A stretch of 64,000 nucleotides of DNA from NCBI GenBank assembly GCA_034430695.1, contig DAOUEE010000158.1:1-64000 (forward strand), written 5' to 3'. Below the pieces are notes generated by a model that saw nothing but the letters and a program-made list of their open reading frames with translations, did no database searches and was not told the DNA's origin. Position 1 is the stretch's first letter. Each line of letters starts with the position of its first letter. The translations under genes were made by a program, and so were the position numbers. This document shows positions 19,539 to 30,289 of the stretch, piece by piece. Origin of the DNA: Anaerolineales bacterium. GTDB taxonomy: Bacteria > Chloroflexota > Anaerolineae > Anaerolineales > E44-bin32.

Positions 19539-19802
19539 TTATTTCAGTTTGGCGTCGATGTAATCCACTGCCTCGCCGACAGTCGTGATCTTCTGCGCAT
19601 CCTCATCAGAAATCTCGCCGCCGAATTTTTCCTCGAACGCCATGATCAATTCGACGAGGTCGAGTGAGTCTGCCTCGAGATCTTCACGAAATCTCGATTC
19701 CTTTTTTACTTTGGATTCGTCGATTCCGAGTAACTCTACAATAATTCCTTTTACATCTTCAAAAGTGTCGGACATCAGGAGCCTCCTTGATTCTATGCTC
19801 AC
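19539..19802 (-). CDS. acpP: Acyl carrier protein
   Basis: 87 aa with the phosphopantetheine-attachment motif [11 protein letters not shown]. Confidence 0.9.
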   Translation of the reverse strand: MSIESRRLLMSDTFEDVKGIIVELLGIDESKVKKESRFREDLEADSLDLVELIMAFEEKFGGEISDEDAQKITTVGEAVDYIDAKLK

Positions 19803-19924
19803 CTATGAGGATAATGGGGATTGTAAAACAGTCGCGTCCGCTATACAAGGTCTCTTTTTCAGATATACTCAGCCTTAAAATGCGCTCGCTATTTTAAGCG
19901 CTCTCAACCTAGGAACACTTTGAT

Positions 19925-20956
19925 ATGACCAAAGTTACGCCGACTTCAGAACGCAAAGAAGACCACATCCGCATCAACCTCGAACAGGATACGAGATCGG
20001 GTCTGACCACAAATCTGGAAAATTTCCACTTCAAACACAATGCCATCCCAGAATTGAATCTCGACGAGATCGCCACTTCGACAACGTTCCTCGGAAAGCC
20101 ACTGACCTACCCACTGCTGATTTCGTCCATGACCGGAGGAACGCTGCAGGCGGCGGAGATCAACGCCGCGCTCGCCGAAGCGGCGCAACAACATGGTATC
20201 GCCATCGGATTGGGATCGCAGCGCGCCGCGATCGAAAACCCCGAACTTGCGGACACCTATCGCATAAGGAAGATTGCACCGGACATCGTCATCCTGGCCA
20301 ACCTCGGCGCAGTGCAGCTCAATTACGGTTACGGTATCGATGCCTGTCGCCGAGCTGTCGAGATGGTGGAAGCCGATGCCTTGATCCTGCACCTCAACGC
20401 GCTGCAGGAAGCCCTCCAGCCGAATGGCGACATCCGTTTTGCCGGCTTGCTGAAGCGAATCGAAGTGGTCTGCCAGAACCTCGAGGTTCCGGTCGTCGCT
20501 AAAGAAGTCGGCTGGGGAATATCCGCCGACGCAGCCAAGCGGCTCGTCGATGCCGGCGTCTCCGCCATCGATGTGGCAGGAGCCGGCGGAACATCCTGGT
20601 CTCAAGTGGAACGGCATCGCGCCGAAACAAAAGCGCAGGAAACGCAGGCGGCGATCTTCAAGACGTGGGGAATTCCAACCGCCGATGCTGTCGTCCAGGT
20701 CCACGAAGCGCTGCCCGATGTGCCTTTGATCGCCTCGGGAGGCTTGCGATCCGGCATCGATATCGCCAAATGCGTCGCACTCGGTGCAGACTTGTGTGGT
20801 ATCGCAGGACCATTCTTAAAAGCCGCCACGCATTCAGCCGAACGCGTATCCGAATGCATCCGGCAGTATGTCGACGAACTGCGTGTCTGCATGTTCGCAG
20901 CGGGTGCCGCTGACCTGCACGCCCTCGGGGATAAAATCCTGCGGATTGATTCATGA
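19925..20956 (+). CDS. fni: Isopentenyl-diphosphate delta-isomerase type 2 (FMN-dependent)
   Basis: [15 protein letters not shown] and a TIM-barrel FMN site '[10 protein letters not shown]...ASGGLRSG'. Confidence 0.85.
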   Translation: MTKVTPTSERKEDHIRINLEQDTRSGLTTNLENFHFKHNAIPELNLDEIATSTTFLGKPLTYPLLISSMTGGTLQAAEINAALAEAAQQHGIAIGLGSQRAAIENPELADTYRIRKIAPDIVILANLGAVQLNYGYGIDACRRAVEMVEADALILHLNALQEALQPNGDIRFAGLLKRIEVVCQNLEVPVVAKEVGWGISADAAKRLVDAGVSAIDVAGAGGTSWSQVERHRAETKAQETQAAIFKTWGIPTADAVVQVHEALPDVPLIASGGLRSGIDIAKCVALGADLCGIAGPFLKAATHSAERVSECIRQYVDELRVCMFAAGAADLHALGDKILRIDS

Positions 20957-21963
20957 AACCAACCTACGCCACCCTTCAAGAACAGATGCTGGCCGCAATC
21001 GAAGAGGATTTACAGCGATCTGTTGCATTCCTCGACACGCCGACTTACGCCGAAATGCACCGCATGATCTCCTACCACATGGGATGGTCTGAAACGCCCC
21101 ATGCTCGAGGAAAGCGTGTGCGCCCGCTATTGACTTTGCTATCCTGCGCAGGCGTGGAGGGAATCTGGCAGACAGCTCTTCCCGCCGCATCGGCGATCGA
21201 ACTGCTGCACAACTTTTCCCTGATCCACGATGATATCGAAGACCGAAGTGAGATGCGTCGAGGGCGCCCAACATTGTGGTCGAAATGGGGGATAGAACAA
21301 GCGATCAACACTGGCGACGCAGTGTTCACACTCGCTCATCTTTCAATGCTGCGCATGGGGGAGAAAACAACTTCGAGCGACCTCATCCAGGACCTCATGC
21401 TGCAGTTCGATCGTGCATGCCTGTCGTTGACGCAGGGACAGCATCTCGACATCGGCTTCGAGACCCGATCCACGGTGAGCAGTAGCGAGTATTTGAACAT
21501 GATTGACGGGAAGACGGCTGCGTTATTGGCTGCCTCCACCGCCATCGGTGCGCGTGTCGGGCAAGCGGAAGAAGGACGCGTAGCCCATTTTCATGAGTTC
21601 GGCCGTCACCTGGGATTGGCGTTTCAAATTCTCGACGACGTGCTGGGAATCTGGGGTGAACCGGCACGCACCGGCAAATCCCAGCAAGACGATATTCGCT
21701 CCCGAAAAAAGACCTTGCCGGTCTTATACGCCATGGAAGCCTCGCCTGATATCGCCGAATTGTGGCATCAGGGCAATGAACTGGATCGTACCGAGGACAT
21801 CGTAGATGCGTTCGAAAAAACTGGAGCACGTGAATATTCGCACACGCAAGCAAGAGAGCACACCCGACTTGCGCTTGCCGCGCTCGAAGCCGGCTCACCC
21901 ACCGGGCCGCCAGCCGAGGCGCTGCGTAATCTGACCCACGAATTATTATCGCGCGATCAGTGA
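20953..21963 (+). CDS. Polyprenyl diphosphate synthase (trans-isoprenyl, GGPP/longer-chain type)
   Basis: FARM '[18 protein letters not shown]' and SARM 'FQILDDVLG'. ATGA-coupled to idi-2. Confidence 0.85.
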   Translation: MKPTYATLQEQMLAAIEEDLQRSVAFLDTPTYAEMHRMISYHMGWSETPHARGKRVRPLLTLLSCAGVEGIWQTALPAASAIELLHNFSLIHDDIEDRSEMRRGRPTLWSKWGIEQAINTGDAVFTLAHLSMLRMGEKTTSSDLIQDLMLQFDRACLSLTQGQHLDIGFETRSTVSSSEYLNMIDGKTAALLAASTAIGARVGQAEEGRVAHFHEFGRHLGLAFQILDDVLGIWGEPARTGKSQQDDIRSRKKTLPVLYAMEASPDIAELWHQGNELDRTEDIVDAFEKTGAREYSHTQAREHTRLALAALEAGSPTGPPAEALRNLTHELLSRDQ

Positions 21964-22031
21964 AAAACGAGACCAGAGAGAGACTCTACTAGTTCATTAG
22001 TCCTTCAGCACGTTGCGCGTCTAAGCTCTCA

Positions 22032-22040
22032 TGCTATAAT
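22032..22040 (+). promoter_or_regulatory. Extended -10 element TGCTATAAT upstream of the kinase operon
   Basis: TGnTATAAT lies about 28 nt upstream of ATG 22068. RBS GGGAAGCGAGG. Confidence 0.3.
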
Positions 22041-22067
22041 TTTCGAATAATAAGGGAAGCGAGGTTA

Positions 22068-23942
22068 ATGCGGAAAAGTACGAAAGCGCTCGAGGGACAA
22101 ACCGAGCATCTTGAACGCATCCAGCCCGGTACGACTCTTCAAGATCGTTATTTGATTCTTGGATTGCTCGGCGCGGGCGGTATGAGCAATGTGTATAAAG
22201 GTCGAGATCTCCATTTTCCGAACGTCCAAAAGCTGGTGGCCATCAAAGAAATGACCAGCATGGTCTCGGACCAGACCATGCATGAAATGATCGTCACGAA
22301 CTTTGAACGAGAGGCAGATCTCCTGGCCACGCTCTCGCACCCCGCAATCCCTCGAATTTACGACTACTTCATCCATAACAACAGCCTATACCTGGTGATG
22401 GAGTTCATCGATGGCCTGGACCTAGAAGCCTTACTCGCCGAGAGTGAGGAATTTTTATCGGAACAACAAGTCGTCGAATGGGCCATCGAACTGTGTGATG
22501 TGCTGAGCTACCTGCACAACCATCAACCGGAACCCGTCGTCTTTCGCGACATGAAACCGTCCAACATCATGATCGACCAGCATGGTCACATTCGGCTGAT
22601 CGACTTCGGCATCGCCAGGGTGTTTCAACCCGGTCAGAAAGGAACCATGATCGGTACCGAAGGATATTCGCCACCCGAACAATATCGTGGTGAAGCTTCA
22701 CCGCCTGGCGACATCTACGCGCTGGGCGCTACACTCCATCATTTGTTGACCAGGCGTGATCCGCGCATCGAACCTCCCTTTTCGTTTGCAGAACGACCGA
22801 TTCGCGAGATCAATGCGGACGTGTCACCTGAGCTCGAAGCCGTGATCAGTGCCTCACTTGCCTACGATCCCAAAAACCGCTATCCAAGTGCGGAACAGAT
22901 GAAGCAGGCGCTGATGGGCGTCGTACAAGAAACCGGCATTCTGGTGAAACCCCGCACAGCAGCCATCGTCAGCACGGGAGATTCCGTCGAACCGGTCTGG
23001 ACCTTCGAATGCGAGGATGAAATCCGCGGCACGCCCCTCATCCATGACGGGACGGTGTACATCGGCTGTTATGACAACAATTTATATGCGCTGAACGCCG
23101 AAACCGGTGAATTCCTGTGGAAGTACGCTACCGAGGGAGGCATCACGGGAAAACCGGCCATTGAAGCCGATATGATCTTCATCGGTTCAGAAGACAATCG
23201 ACTGCATGCAATATCTGCGGACCACGGCAAACTCATTTGGATGTACTACGCCGAGGGACCCATCCGCTCATCCCCTGTCGTATCGGACGGACACGTTTTC
23301 TTCGGAGCAGATGACAGCCGCATACACGTGGTCAACATGATTACCGGGCGCAGAGCGTGGAGAGAGAATACAAGCGGACCCATTTGGTCCTCTCCCGCCG
23401 TACACGAAGAGCGCGTGTACTTTGGATGCGAAAGCGGCGATTTTTACTGCTACGATTTTCGCGGCGAGCAGAAATGGCGCAAAAAAATTAAGCGGGCAGT
23501 AACCTCCTCACCGGTGATCGCCAACGGAATGGTCTATTTCGGATCGAAAGACTGGACGCTCTACGCGCTCGAAATCGAAAACGGTTGGCAGGTATGGCGC
23601 TTCAGGATGGGCGGACCTACGATTTCGTCCCCCGCCTACGCGGACGGGAAAATTTTCATCGGCTGTGGCGATAACAACATCTACGCCATTCAGGCCAAAC
23701 ATGCCCGAGAGGCTTGGCGTTTTGCCACGGAGCATCAAGTAACGGGATCTCCTATTGCACATGAAGATTCGATCTATTGTGGCTCCGTAGATGGTTCACT
23801 TTACTGTTTGGAATTTCGCTCGGGACGTTTGCGCTGGCGTTTCGATACCGGCGGTGCGATAACGGGTACCCCAGCCATTTCGAACAACATGGTTTACATC
23901 GGATCGACCGACCATAAAATTTACTCGCTGTTGATTGTGTAA
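22068..23942 (+). CDS. Hanks-type Ser/Thr protein kinase with C-terminal PQQ-repeat beta-propeller
   Basis: Gly-loop LGAGGMSNVY, VAIK, catalytic loop HRDMKPSNIM, DFGIA, SPPE. The C-terminal 300 aa carry repeated 'G.VY.GS.D..LYAL....G...W' PQQ-type blades. No TM segment. Confidence 0.85.
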   Translation: MRKSTKALEGQTEHLERIQPGTTLQDRYLILGLLGAGGMSNVYKGRDLHFPNVQKLVAIKEMTSMVSDQTMHEMIVTNFEREADLLATLSHPAIPRIYDYFIHNNSLYLVMEFIDGLDLEALLAESEEFLSEQQVVEWAIELCDVLSYLHNHQPEPVVFRDMKPSNIMIDQHGHIRLIDFGIARVFQPGQKGTMIGTEGYSPPEQYRGEASPPGDIYALGATLHHLLTRRDPRIEPPFSFAERPIREINADVSPELEAVISASLAYDPKNRYPSAEQMKQALMGVVQETGILVKPRTAAIVSTGDSVEPVWTFECEDEIRGTPLIHDGTVYIGCYDNNLYALNAETGEFLWKYATEGGITGKPAIEADMIFIGSEDNRLHAISADHGKLIWMYYAEGPIRSSPVVSDGHVFFGADDSRIHVVNMITGRRAWRENTSGPIWSSPAVHEERVYFGCESGDFYCYDFRGEQKWRKKIKRAVTSSPVIANGMVYFGSKDWTLYALEIENGWQVWRFRMGGPTISSPAYADGKIFIGCGDNNIYAIQAKHAREAWRFATEHQVTGSPIAHEDSIYCGSVDGSLYCLEFRSGRLRWRFDTGGAITGTPAISNNMVYIGSTDHKIYSLLIV

Positions 23943-23974
23943 TACATTTTAGCTAGACAGGACAGAGATAGCGG

Positions 23975-24871
23975 ATGCAATTTCTAAAGAAGACATTCAA
24001 GGGGTTATTTGGAACTCTCGGGCGATCCGGCTCAACGAGATCTATGTCCGCTGCGCGACGCGGCTCGTCCACGTCTACTGCATGGTCATTGACCTGCGAG
24101 CAATCGATTCAAGTCGGTACGGGCCATTCCACCGGCATTGTCCGTTCACACAACGAGGATGCCCTCTTCGTCTTGACCGGGAATTCATTCGGCGACGATC
24201 CGCTAGATGGATTCGGCCTGTTTCTTGTCGCTGACGGCATGGGAGGCCATCGCGCAGGAGAAGTCGCCAGTGCCGTTTCCGTACGAACCGTCGCCAGAAG
24301 GTTGACGGAAGACACGATCATCGACCTGTTGGCACAAGAACCTCAAAACGACGCCGATTCCATCCAGGACATTCTGCGCCTTGCACTACAGGATGCAAAT
24401 CAAGCCGTGGTAAATAAAGTGCCCGGCGGCGGTACGACGCTGACGGCGGCGCTCGTTCTCGACGGCCAGGTGGTCATCGGTCACGTCGGTGACAGCCGGG
24501 CTTACGTCATTGAAAACGATTCGATGAAAGCGATCACGCGAGATCATTCGCTCGTGGAGCGTCTGCGGGAACTTGGACAACTCACGGAAGAGGAAGCGGC
24601 TGTACATCCACAACGCAACGTTCTCTACCGGGCGATCGGCCAGGGTGCAAATCTCGAGATCGACACGTTAACCCATCCCGTTCCGAAGGGCGGTTATCTA
24701 CTCCTCTGCTCGGATGGCCTGTGGGGAGAAGTCTCCGAAGATGTGATACATCGCATCATTTCCGGCTCCAACCATCCACAAGAGGCCTGTGAAGCCTTGG
24801 TCAGAGCCGCCAACGCTGCAGGCGGACCGGACAACATAACGGCGGTATTGGTGCAATTTCCGAAGGGGTAA
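23975..24871 (+). CDS. PP2C-family Ser/Thr phosphatase
   Basis: Metal-binding motifs 'FLVADGMGGHRAGEVAS' and 'LLCSDGLWG'. Ends ...GGPDNITAVLV. Confidence 0.85.
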   Translation: MQFLKKTFKGLFGTLGRSGSTRSMSAARRGSSTSTAWSLTCEQSIQVGTGHSTGIVRSHNEDALFVLTGNSFGDDPLDGFGLFLVADGMGGHRAGEVASAVSVRTVARRLTEDTIIDLLAQEPQNDADSIQDILRLALQDANQAVVNKVPGGGTTLTAALVLDGQVVIGHVGDSRAYVIENDSMKAITRDHSLVERLRELGQLTEEEAAVHPQRNVLYRAIGQGANLEIDTLTHPVPKGGYLLLCSDGLWGEVSEDVIHRIISGSNHPQEACEALVRAANAAGGPDNITAVLVQFPKG

Positions 24872-24882
24872 AAGGCGGACCA

Positions 24883-26364
24883 GTGTCTAGTGAGAGGGAT
24901 TATTACTCAATTCTCGGGGTACCGAGAAACGCGACGCTGACTCAAATCAAGCATGCGTATCGTCAAGCGGCGTCCCGTCTCCATCCAGACAAGAATGTCG
25001 CTCCGGGTGAAACGGAGCTATTCCTCGACGTCAGCCGCGCTTACGAAGTTCTAAGTGACCCGGATCAAAGAGCGGCGTACGATGAAGAACTGCAAAGCAT
25101 CGAAGAAAAACTAGCCGAGGAATCGGTTTTCCGCTGCAGCATAACCCACAGCCGCTCTCAGATCCTGCGCTTGGACGAACCCCAGGTACATTACGTTCTG
25201 ATGGACATAGAAGCCACCGCTGATCTGCCGGCCTCACGTCCGCCGGTCAACATGGCCATCGTCGTCGACCAATCCACATCGATGCGAGGGCAGCGTCTGG
25301 ATCGTGTTCGTGCAGCGACGCTTACCATCCTGGACGACATGCAACCTGAAGACGATGTTTCCGTCATTACGTTCAGCGATCGCGCTGAAGTCATCATATC
25401 CCCGGAACAAGCAAAGGATATCAAAACCGCGCGTGCCCGCCTCAGTCTCCTGCAGGCAGGAGGCGGTACGGAAATCGCGCAGGGTATGGAAGCGGGCCTG
25501 GCGGAAATCGAAAACAACCTGCGTAAAGAAGCCGTCAATCAGATGGTGCTGCTCACCGATGGCCGCACCTATGGCGACGAAGATCAATGTATCGCACTGG
25601 CAACAAAGGCGGCCGAGCAAGGGATTTCGATCAATTGCATTGGGATCGGATCTGACTGGAGCGACCGCCTGTTGGATGATTTGGCCACTCGCAGCGGAGG
25701 AAGCGTCGTATTCCTCAATTCCCCCAAGGCCGTTCAGGAACTGCTCGAAGAGATATTCACTTCCCTCGGCATGGTCGTTGCCAGTCGTATGCGTATCGAG
25801 GGCGCGATTGGACAACAGGTCGATCTGCGCTCAGCCTTTCGCATCCAACCTAACCCCATGCCGCTGGGTGACGTTCTGCCAATGTCCTTGGGACACCTCA
25901 TGCGGGACTCTCAAATTCGCGTGATCCTCGAGTTGGTTGTCCATCCGATCGGAGATATGCAGACGCTGCAGCTTACCCACACAAAAATCACCGGAGACAT
26001 TCTCTCCGGCGAATCGGAAACGACCTCCCTTCCCGTGAACCTGCAGATCCCCGTATCCCGGGATCCTGACCTGGAGCCCCCGCCCGATACAATCGTGGAT
26101 GCACTGAATTTGATCGCCTTGTATCGCATGCAGGAAATGGCACGGCACGAATCTGAATTGGGCCAATCGGTGCAAGCTGCGAAGCGATTGGAAAACCTGG
26201 CCACCCACCTGATCGCCTCGGGTGAGCGGGATCTCGCAAAAGCGGCTCTTAGTGAAGCCGTGCGACTTTCTCGTACCGAGCGATTATCCAGCGAGGGTGA
26301 GAAAATCCTGAAATACGGCACCCGTGCCCTGCTTTTACCGCCCTCCGAGAAGATGAGGCAATGA
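24883..26364 (+). CDS. J-domain (DnaJ-like) + von Willebrand factor A domain protein
   Basis: J-domain 'DYYSILGVPRNATLTQIKHAYRQAASRLHPDKN' with HPD. The vWA domain has MIDAS DQSTSM...T...D (res ~118-290). Confidence 0.75.
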   Translation: MSSERDYYSILGVPRNATLTQIKHAYRQAASRLHPDKNVAPGETELFLDVSRAYEVLSDPDQRAAYDEELQSIEEKLAEESVFRCSITHSRSQILRLDEPQVHYVLMDIEATADLPASRPPVNMAIVVDQSTSMRGQRLDRVRAATLTILDDMQPEDDVSVITFSDRAEVIISPEQAKDIKTARARLSLLQAGGGTEIAQGMEAGLAEIENNLRKEAVNQMVLLTDGRTYGDEDQCIALATKAAEQGISINCIGIGSDWSDRLLDDLATRSGGSVVFLNSPKAVQELLEEIFTSLGMVVASRMRIEGAIGQQVDLRSAFRIQPNPMPLGDVLPMSLGHLMRDSQIRVILELVVHPIGDMQTLQLTHTKITGDILSGESETTSLPVNLQIPVSRDPDLEPPPDTIVDALNLIALYRMQEMARHESELGQSVQAAKRLENLATHLIASGERDLAKAALSEAVRLSRTERLSSEGEKILKYGTRALLLPPSEKMRQ

Positions 26365-26876
26365 TCGAATGCCCCTCTTGTAAGCACCAGCATTTTGTCG
26401 GTACGCTATACTGCAGCGAATGCGGGACGAGACTCGCCCCTTCAAATCCTGCACCGACAATGACCGGAGCGAGGCAGCAAGCGAGAGAAGATCCAGCCGT
26501 AACCAAGCCACATATTCCTGAAGGACCGGAACTGCACACGGGTGCCTTGATGGGATTACGGGTTCTTGCCACTGGCGACGTCGTTTCACTTCTGGGGAGA
26601 TCCAATTACACACTCGGTCGATCCATAAAGGAGCAGGCTGTCGTCCCCGATATCGATCTGGCGAATTACGATGCATACGAATACGGCGTGTCCCGACTGC
26701 ATGCAGAGATGAAAATCGAAAAAGACGGCGTGTACGTCGTCGATCTCGAAAGTGCAAACGGCACCTTAATCAACGGACAACGATTGGAATCGTTAAGGCC
26801 ATCTCCCTTGCTCCATGGAGACGTTCTCCAACTCGGTCGGATGCAGCTGCAACTCATTTCAAGGTACCATAGATAG
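26361..26876 (+). CDS. Zinc-ribbon + FHA domain protein
   Basis: N-terminal CPSC...CSEC ribbon. FHA core 'YTLGRS...VSRLHAEM...GVYVVDLESANGTLINGQRL'. ATGA overlap with the vWA gene. Confidence 0.8.
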   Translation: MIECPSCKHQHFVGTLYCSECGTRLAPSNPAPTMTGARQQAREDPAVTKPHIPEGPELHTGALMGLRVLATGDVVSLLGRSNYTLGRSIKEQAVVPDIDLANYDAYEYGVSRLHAEMKIEKDGVYVVDLESANGTLINGQRLESLRPSPLLHGDVLQLGRMQLQLISRYHR

Positions 26877-26885
26877 AGGTGAAGA

Positions 26886-27128
26886 ATGCCCATCAGTGTT
26901 TTGGTCCATTTGAGTGGTGAGGATCCCGTACTCGGTGAGATCGAAGACCTTCCCGGCACGACGGACACAACCATTATCATCAATAACCCACGTAAACGAG
27001 ACGAGAAAGATTTACCCTATCTGGCGGAAACGGTCGTGAGCGTCATGTGGCCGATGCACCGGATCAACTTCATTGAGATCCTGCCAACGCGAGAAGAAGA
27101 AGAGCTGATCGGCTTCGTGAGAGAATGA
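26886..27128 (+). CDS. Small acidic hypothetical protein (80 aa)
   Basis: GAGGTG RBS 8 nt upstream. It fills the gap between the FHA and RR genes. No recognised motif. Confidence 0.35.
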   Translation: MPISVLVHLSGEDPVLGEIEDLPGTTDTTIIINNPRKRDEKDLPYLAETVVSVMWPMHRINFIEILPTREEEELIGFVRE

Positions 27129-27134
27129 GCGATC

Positions 27135-27857
27135 ATGACTCTTGATCCCTCTGGACGTCGACGAATCCTGGTCGTCGATGACGAGCCTCGAATGATTCAG
27201 GTCATTCGTATGAATCTCGAACACGATGGCTTCGAAGTATTCGAGGCACCATCCGGCACGAAGGCACTCGAGAAATTGCGCGATCAAATCCCCGATCTCA
27301 TCATCCTGGACGTGATGATGCCGGATCTGGATGGTTTCGAGACTTTGCGTTTGATTCGTGAAATATCCACTGTCCCCGTCATCATGTTGACAGCGAAAGG
27401 GGAGGAGGACGATCGTGTGCGCGGTCTCGAACTGGGCGCAGATGATTACATCACGAAGCCCTTCAGTCCCCGCGAATTGGTCAGCCGAGTTCGCGCCGTA
27501 CTGCGTCGAACTGAAATGCCCAGCATGCCGACGCACGAGGTCATCCAGGTCGACGATCGCTTGAAATTGGATTTCGACCGGCGGGAAGTGTGGGTGGATG
27601 GAGAACTCGTTAATCTCAGGCCGACCGAATATCGGCTTCTTTACCACCTGGTACAAAATGCGGGCTGGGTCGTTCCCCACGAACAGCTCCTCGCCAAGGT
27701 GTGGGGCTACGAGTACCGGGATGAGACTCACTACCTTCGCCTTTATATCAACTATCTACGCAAGAAGCTGGAAAAAGACCCCTCGAATCCAAAATACATC
27801 CTCACCGAACGCAGCGTTGGCTACCGCTTCGTAGACTACAAAAGAGACAAGGAATAA
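27135..27857 (+). CDS. OmpR-family response regulator (REC + winged helix)
   Basis: REC with the phospho-Asp in 'LIILDVMMP'. The C-terminal '[31 protein letters not shown]' is a trans_reg_C domain. Confidence 0.9.
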   Translation: MTLDPSGRRRILVVDDEPRMIQVIRMNLEHDGFEVFEAPSGTKALEKLRDQIPDLIILDVMMPDLDGFETLRLIREISTVPVIMLTAKGEEDDRVRGLELGADDYITKPFSPRELVSRVRAVLRRTEMPSMPTHEVIQVDDRLKLDFDRREVWVDGELVNLRPTEYRLLYHLVQNAGWVVPHEQLLAKVWGYEYRDETHYLRLYINYLRKKLEKDPSNPKYILTERSVGYRFVDYKRDKE

Positions 27858-27914
27858 CGCTCCCCTGAAACTCCCTCAACGTAGCTCAAGAATGCATCGA
27901 GTAAAGATATCGGC

Positions 27915-28622
27915 TTGTTATCCCATCTCGACTCGGATAGAATCATATTGAAAGGGGAAAGTATATTTGTGACGCGTCAAAGAATTCTCGTTGTTGATGA
28001 TCATGAAGTAGTTCGACTTGGACTGCGTGCACTGCTCGATGAACATCCAAATTTCGAGGTCGTCGCAGAAGCTGCGACGGCTCGTGAGGCGATCGAAAAG
28101 ACCGAATCATACGAACCAGACGTGGTCGTAATGGACATCCGCCTGAAAGGCGGCTCCGGAATCGAAGCCTGCCAGGAAATCAAATCCTCCTCCCCGGATA
28201 CCAAAGTCATCATGCTGACGTCTTACGCCGAAGATGAGATGCTGTTTTCCGCCATCCGTGCCGGAGCGGCCGGATATGTCCTCAAACAGATCGGCGGAGA
28301 CGACCTCGTGCGGGCAATTGAAGCGGTCGGCCGCGGAGAGGCGCTGCTGGATCCCACCGTGACCCAGCGTGTCTTTCAAGAGGTTCGAAAAGCGGCACGC
28401 GAAGAAGAAGCTTCTGCGTTCGCCGAATTGACCCAGCAGGAGATGCACGTTTTACAGCTCGTATCAGAGGGGCGCACCAATCGCCAGATCGCTGAAATGC
28501 TTTACCTGGGGGAAGGAACGGTACGCAATTACGTCAGCAGCATCTTGTCTAAACTGAACGTACGCAACCGTGCAGAAGCTGCCGCGTATGCCGTGGAACA
28601 CAATCTGAAAGATTATCTCTGA
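27915..28622 (+). CDS. NarL/LuxR-family response regulator (REC + HTH LuxR)
   Basis: REC '[18 protein letters not shown]...DVVVMDIRL'. LuxR HTH '[43 protein letters not shown]'. The true start may be a GTG/TTG near 27966. Confidence 0.85.
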   Translation: MLSHLDSDRIILKGESIFVTRQRILVVDDHEVVRLGLRALLDEHPNFEVVAEAATAREAIEKTESYEPDVVVMDIRLKGGSGIEACQEIKSSSPDTKVIMLTSYAEDEMLFSAIRAGAAGYVLKQIGGDDLVRAIEAVGRGEALLDPTVTQRVFQEVRKAAREEEASAFAELTQQEMHVLQLVSEGRTNRQIAEMLYLGEGTVRNYVSSILSKLNVRNRAEAAAYAVEHNLKDYL

Positions 28623-28673
28623 CGTTCGACGATCTCGCTTCGACAGACCTGGACTCGGTCGCCGTCGTAAAAC

Positions 28674-29228
28674 TCAATGCTCCGGTAAGCCTCGCTCGTC
28701 GAGGTGCCTCACATCGAAATCGTGCGCGTGTTCGTAAACCAAGCCGTAAATCCAATCTTGAACGGCGTGCTCCAATTCCTCTACAAGTACAAGCCTGCCG
28801 GTCAATTCAGAGACCTTGTCGCCGGTCTCATTACAAATTTCTTCGACCAGCACAGCCCGGCTCTGCCCTAATTCCAGGGCAGCTGCTTGCGCTTCGCGAG
28901 CGAGGTCTTGATCCCGCCACCAGGATTCGAGATTGCTGGTGAAAATCACGTCCGGCAAGCGGACGCCGAAATCCGATAGCGCCTGCTTGAAATCCTGGCG
29001 AACGTCTAGACTCTCCTGATTCAATTTCGATTTCAATATACGGACGGTCTGCTGCAAGTCTCGGAGTATGAAGAGAGACGCTGGTCCGGCCGATACCAGT
29101 TCGTGAAGTAATTCGTTGATCGGGGACAGATCGCCGTCGTGAACACAGGAAGCGATCAGCAATTCCGCTTCCATGCGAATATACGACTGCTCTGCCAGGC
29201 GGAGAAGATTGTCAAGCTTTCGACTCAT
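28674..29228 (-). CDS. Hypothetical helical protein (possible DinB/YfiT-like metal-binding four-helix bundle)
   Basis: 184 aa with His-rich motifs (HELVSAG, EHAVQDW, EHAHDFDVRH). The family call is tentative. Confidence 0.4.
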   Translation of the reverse strand: MSRKLDNLLRLAEQSYIRMEAELLIASCVHDGDLSPINELLHELVSAGPASLFILRDLQQTVRILKSKLNQESLDVRQDFKQALSDFGVRLPDVIFTSNLESWWRDQDLAREAQAAALELGQSRAVLVEEICNETGDKVSELTGRLVLVEELEHAVQDWIYGLVYEHAHDFDVRHLDERGLPEH

Positions 29229-29569
29229 CGCCGTCTATCCTCTGCCGGCTCCCCGGGAGATAAAGCCTTCAGGTAATCCCACGAGTAGATCCCATACGCA
29301 TGCCCATCATCCCAGATCAAACGAAGTGCGTAATTGCCTACCTTCTCGACGCTGCGGAGGTCCGCCGACGCTCCGGGCGGAAGATGCACCTCGAGGGAAA
29401 TCGGTGATGCTGCGGCATCTTTCTCATCGCGCCTCAGTCGACATTCGGCACATGGGCATGCTGCCCGCAAGCCAGCAAGCGGGTACGCCACCCGCTGCCC
29501 ATCATCCCACTCGATAACGAGTACGGCTTCGGATCGCCGCACGGTTATACTAATTGGTTTAGACCCCAT
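29225..29569 (-). CDS. DUF971 (gamma-butyrobetaine hydroxylase-like N-terminal domain) protein
   Basis: 'IEWDDGQRVAYPLAGLRAACPCAEC' and 'VGNYALRLIWDDGHAYGIYSWDYL' match the DUF971 signature. An internal Met start was chosen (the ORF-track start is 29842). Confidence 0.6.
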   Translation of the reverse strand: MGSKPISITVRRSEAVLVIEWDDGQRVAYPLAGLRAACPCAECRLRRDEKDAAASPISLEVHLPPGASADLRSVEKVGNYALRLIWDDGHAYGIYSWDYLKALSPGEPAEDRRR

Positions 29570-29627
29570 CCAACCTCGCCGAACAACAAAGGCGGACCAC
29601 TGCTCTCTTTCATCAGCAGGTGTCCGC

Positions 29628-30197
29628 TCAAGGATTCTCCATCCTGCGCAGATAGTTCTCCACCGCCCATCCCGATTTTGAGCCGTCATACGGATTGACG
29701 AGGTACCACCAGACATAACCGTCCCGGTCCTCGGGTCCACCTTCGATCTGAAAGACATCGTTTTCGTAGGCCAGAAATTCGATTTCACTCGATAGACCCG
29801 GCTGCGTTCGTATTCTGAGGCGGTCCCCCTCCGTGCCGGCAACGATGACCCATTCCCCGACGTCGATCTCCGCTTCCGCCGAAGGGAGCAAAGTGGGTGA
29901 TTGCGTGGCCGTCGAAGCTTGCGTCGCCTGGGACGTTGGATCGGGCAGCGTATCGGTCGGAATGGCCACGACTGTCAAAGCCGGCAACACGGATACCTGA
30001 CCCATGTTCGAAATCCGCGAGATGTAACCCTGGATCAGCGCAGCGACGAACACGAGCATGCCCAAACCCATCCCCAATGCAAACCAGCGCCAATTTCGCA
30101 AGAGATGTTGCTTGAATTCGAGGAAGTAACGATTTCGCATCGAAACTAACGCCTGACCAACGTTTGACGAACGCTGAGTAGAATGACGTCCCATCAT
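29628..30197 (-). CDS. Membrane-anchored protein with C-terminal bacterial SH3 (SH3b) domain
   Basis: A TM helix 'WFALGMGLGMLVFVAALI' and an SH3_3-like 'GEWVIVAGTEGDRLRIRTQPG...YVWWYLVNPYDGSKSGWAVENYL'. The start is uncertain. Confidence 0.5.
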   Translation of the reverse strand: MMGRHSTQRSSNVGQALVSMRNRYFLEFKQHLLRNWRWFALGMGLGMLVFVAALIQGYISRISNMGQVSVLPALTVVAIPTDTLPDPTSQATQASTATQSPTLLPSAEAEIDVGEWVIVAGTEGDRLRIRTQPGLSSEIEFLAYENDVFQIEGGPEDRDGYVWWYLVNPYDGSKSGWAVENYLRRMENP

Positions 30198-30289
30198 CGG
30201 ATGAGCAAGATTATAACCCGAACGTAATGGTTCGCCACGATGGTTGCCGAAAGTGAGCGGCGTGGTTAGAATTCCCAGCGGGAGAGACA

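Noticed and set aside
19803-19924. Possible palindromic motifs (GCGCTCGC / TTTTAAGCGC) in the acpP-idi divergent promoter region
   Set aside because: On checking, the apparent inverted repeat is not self-complementary. They are only short near-direct repeats and were not reported as a site.
25234-25815. 193-aa minus-strand ORF
   Set aside because: Antisense to the vWA domain of the J-vWA gene. Shadow ORF.
29570-29842. N-terminal 91-aa extension of the DUF971 ORF and the 30198-30290 extension of the SH3b ORF
   Set aside because: The extensions are Arg-rich, overlap neighbouring genes, and lie outside the conserved domains. Internal Met starts were preferred.
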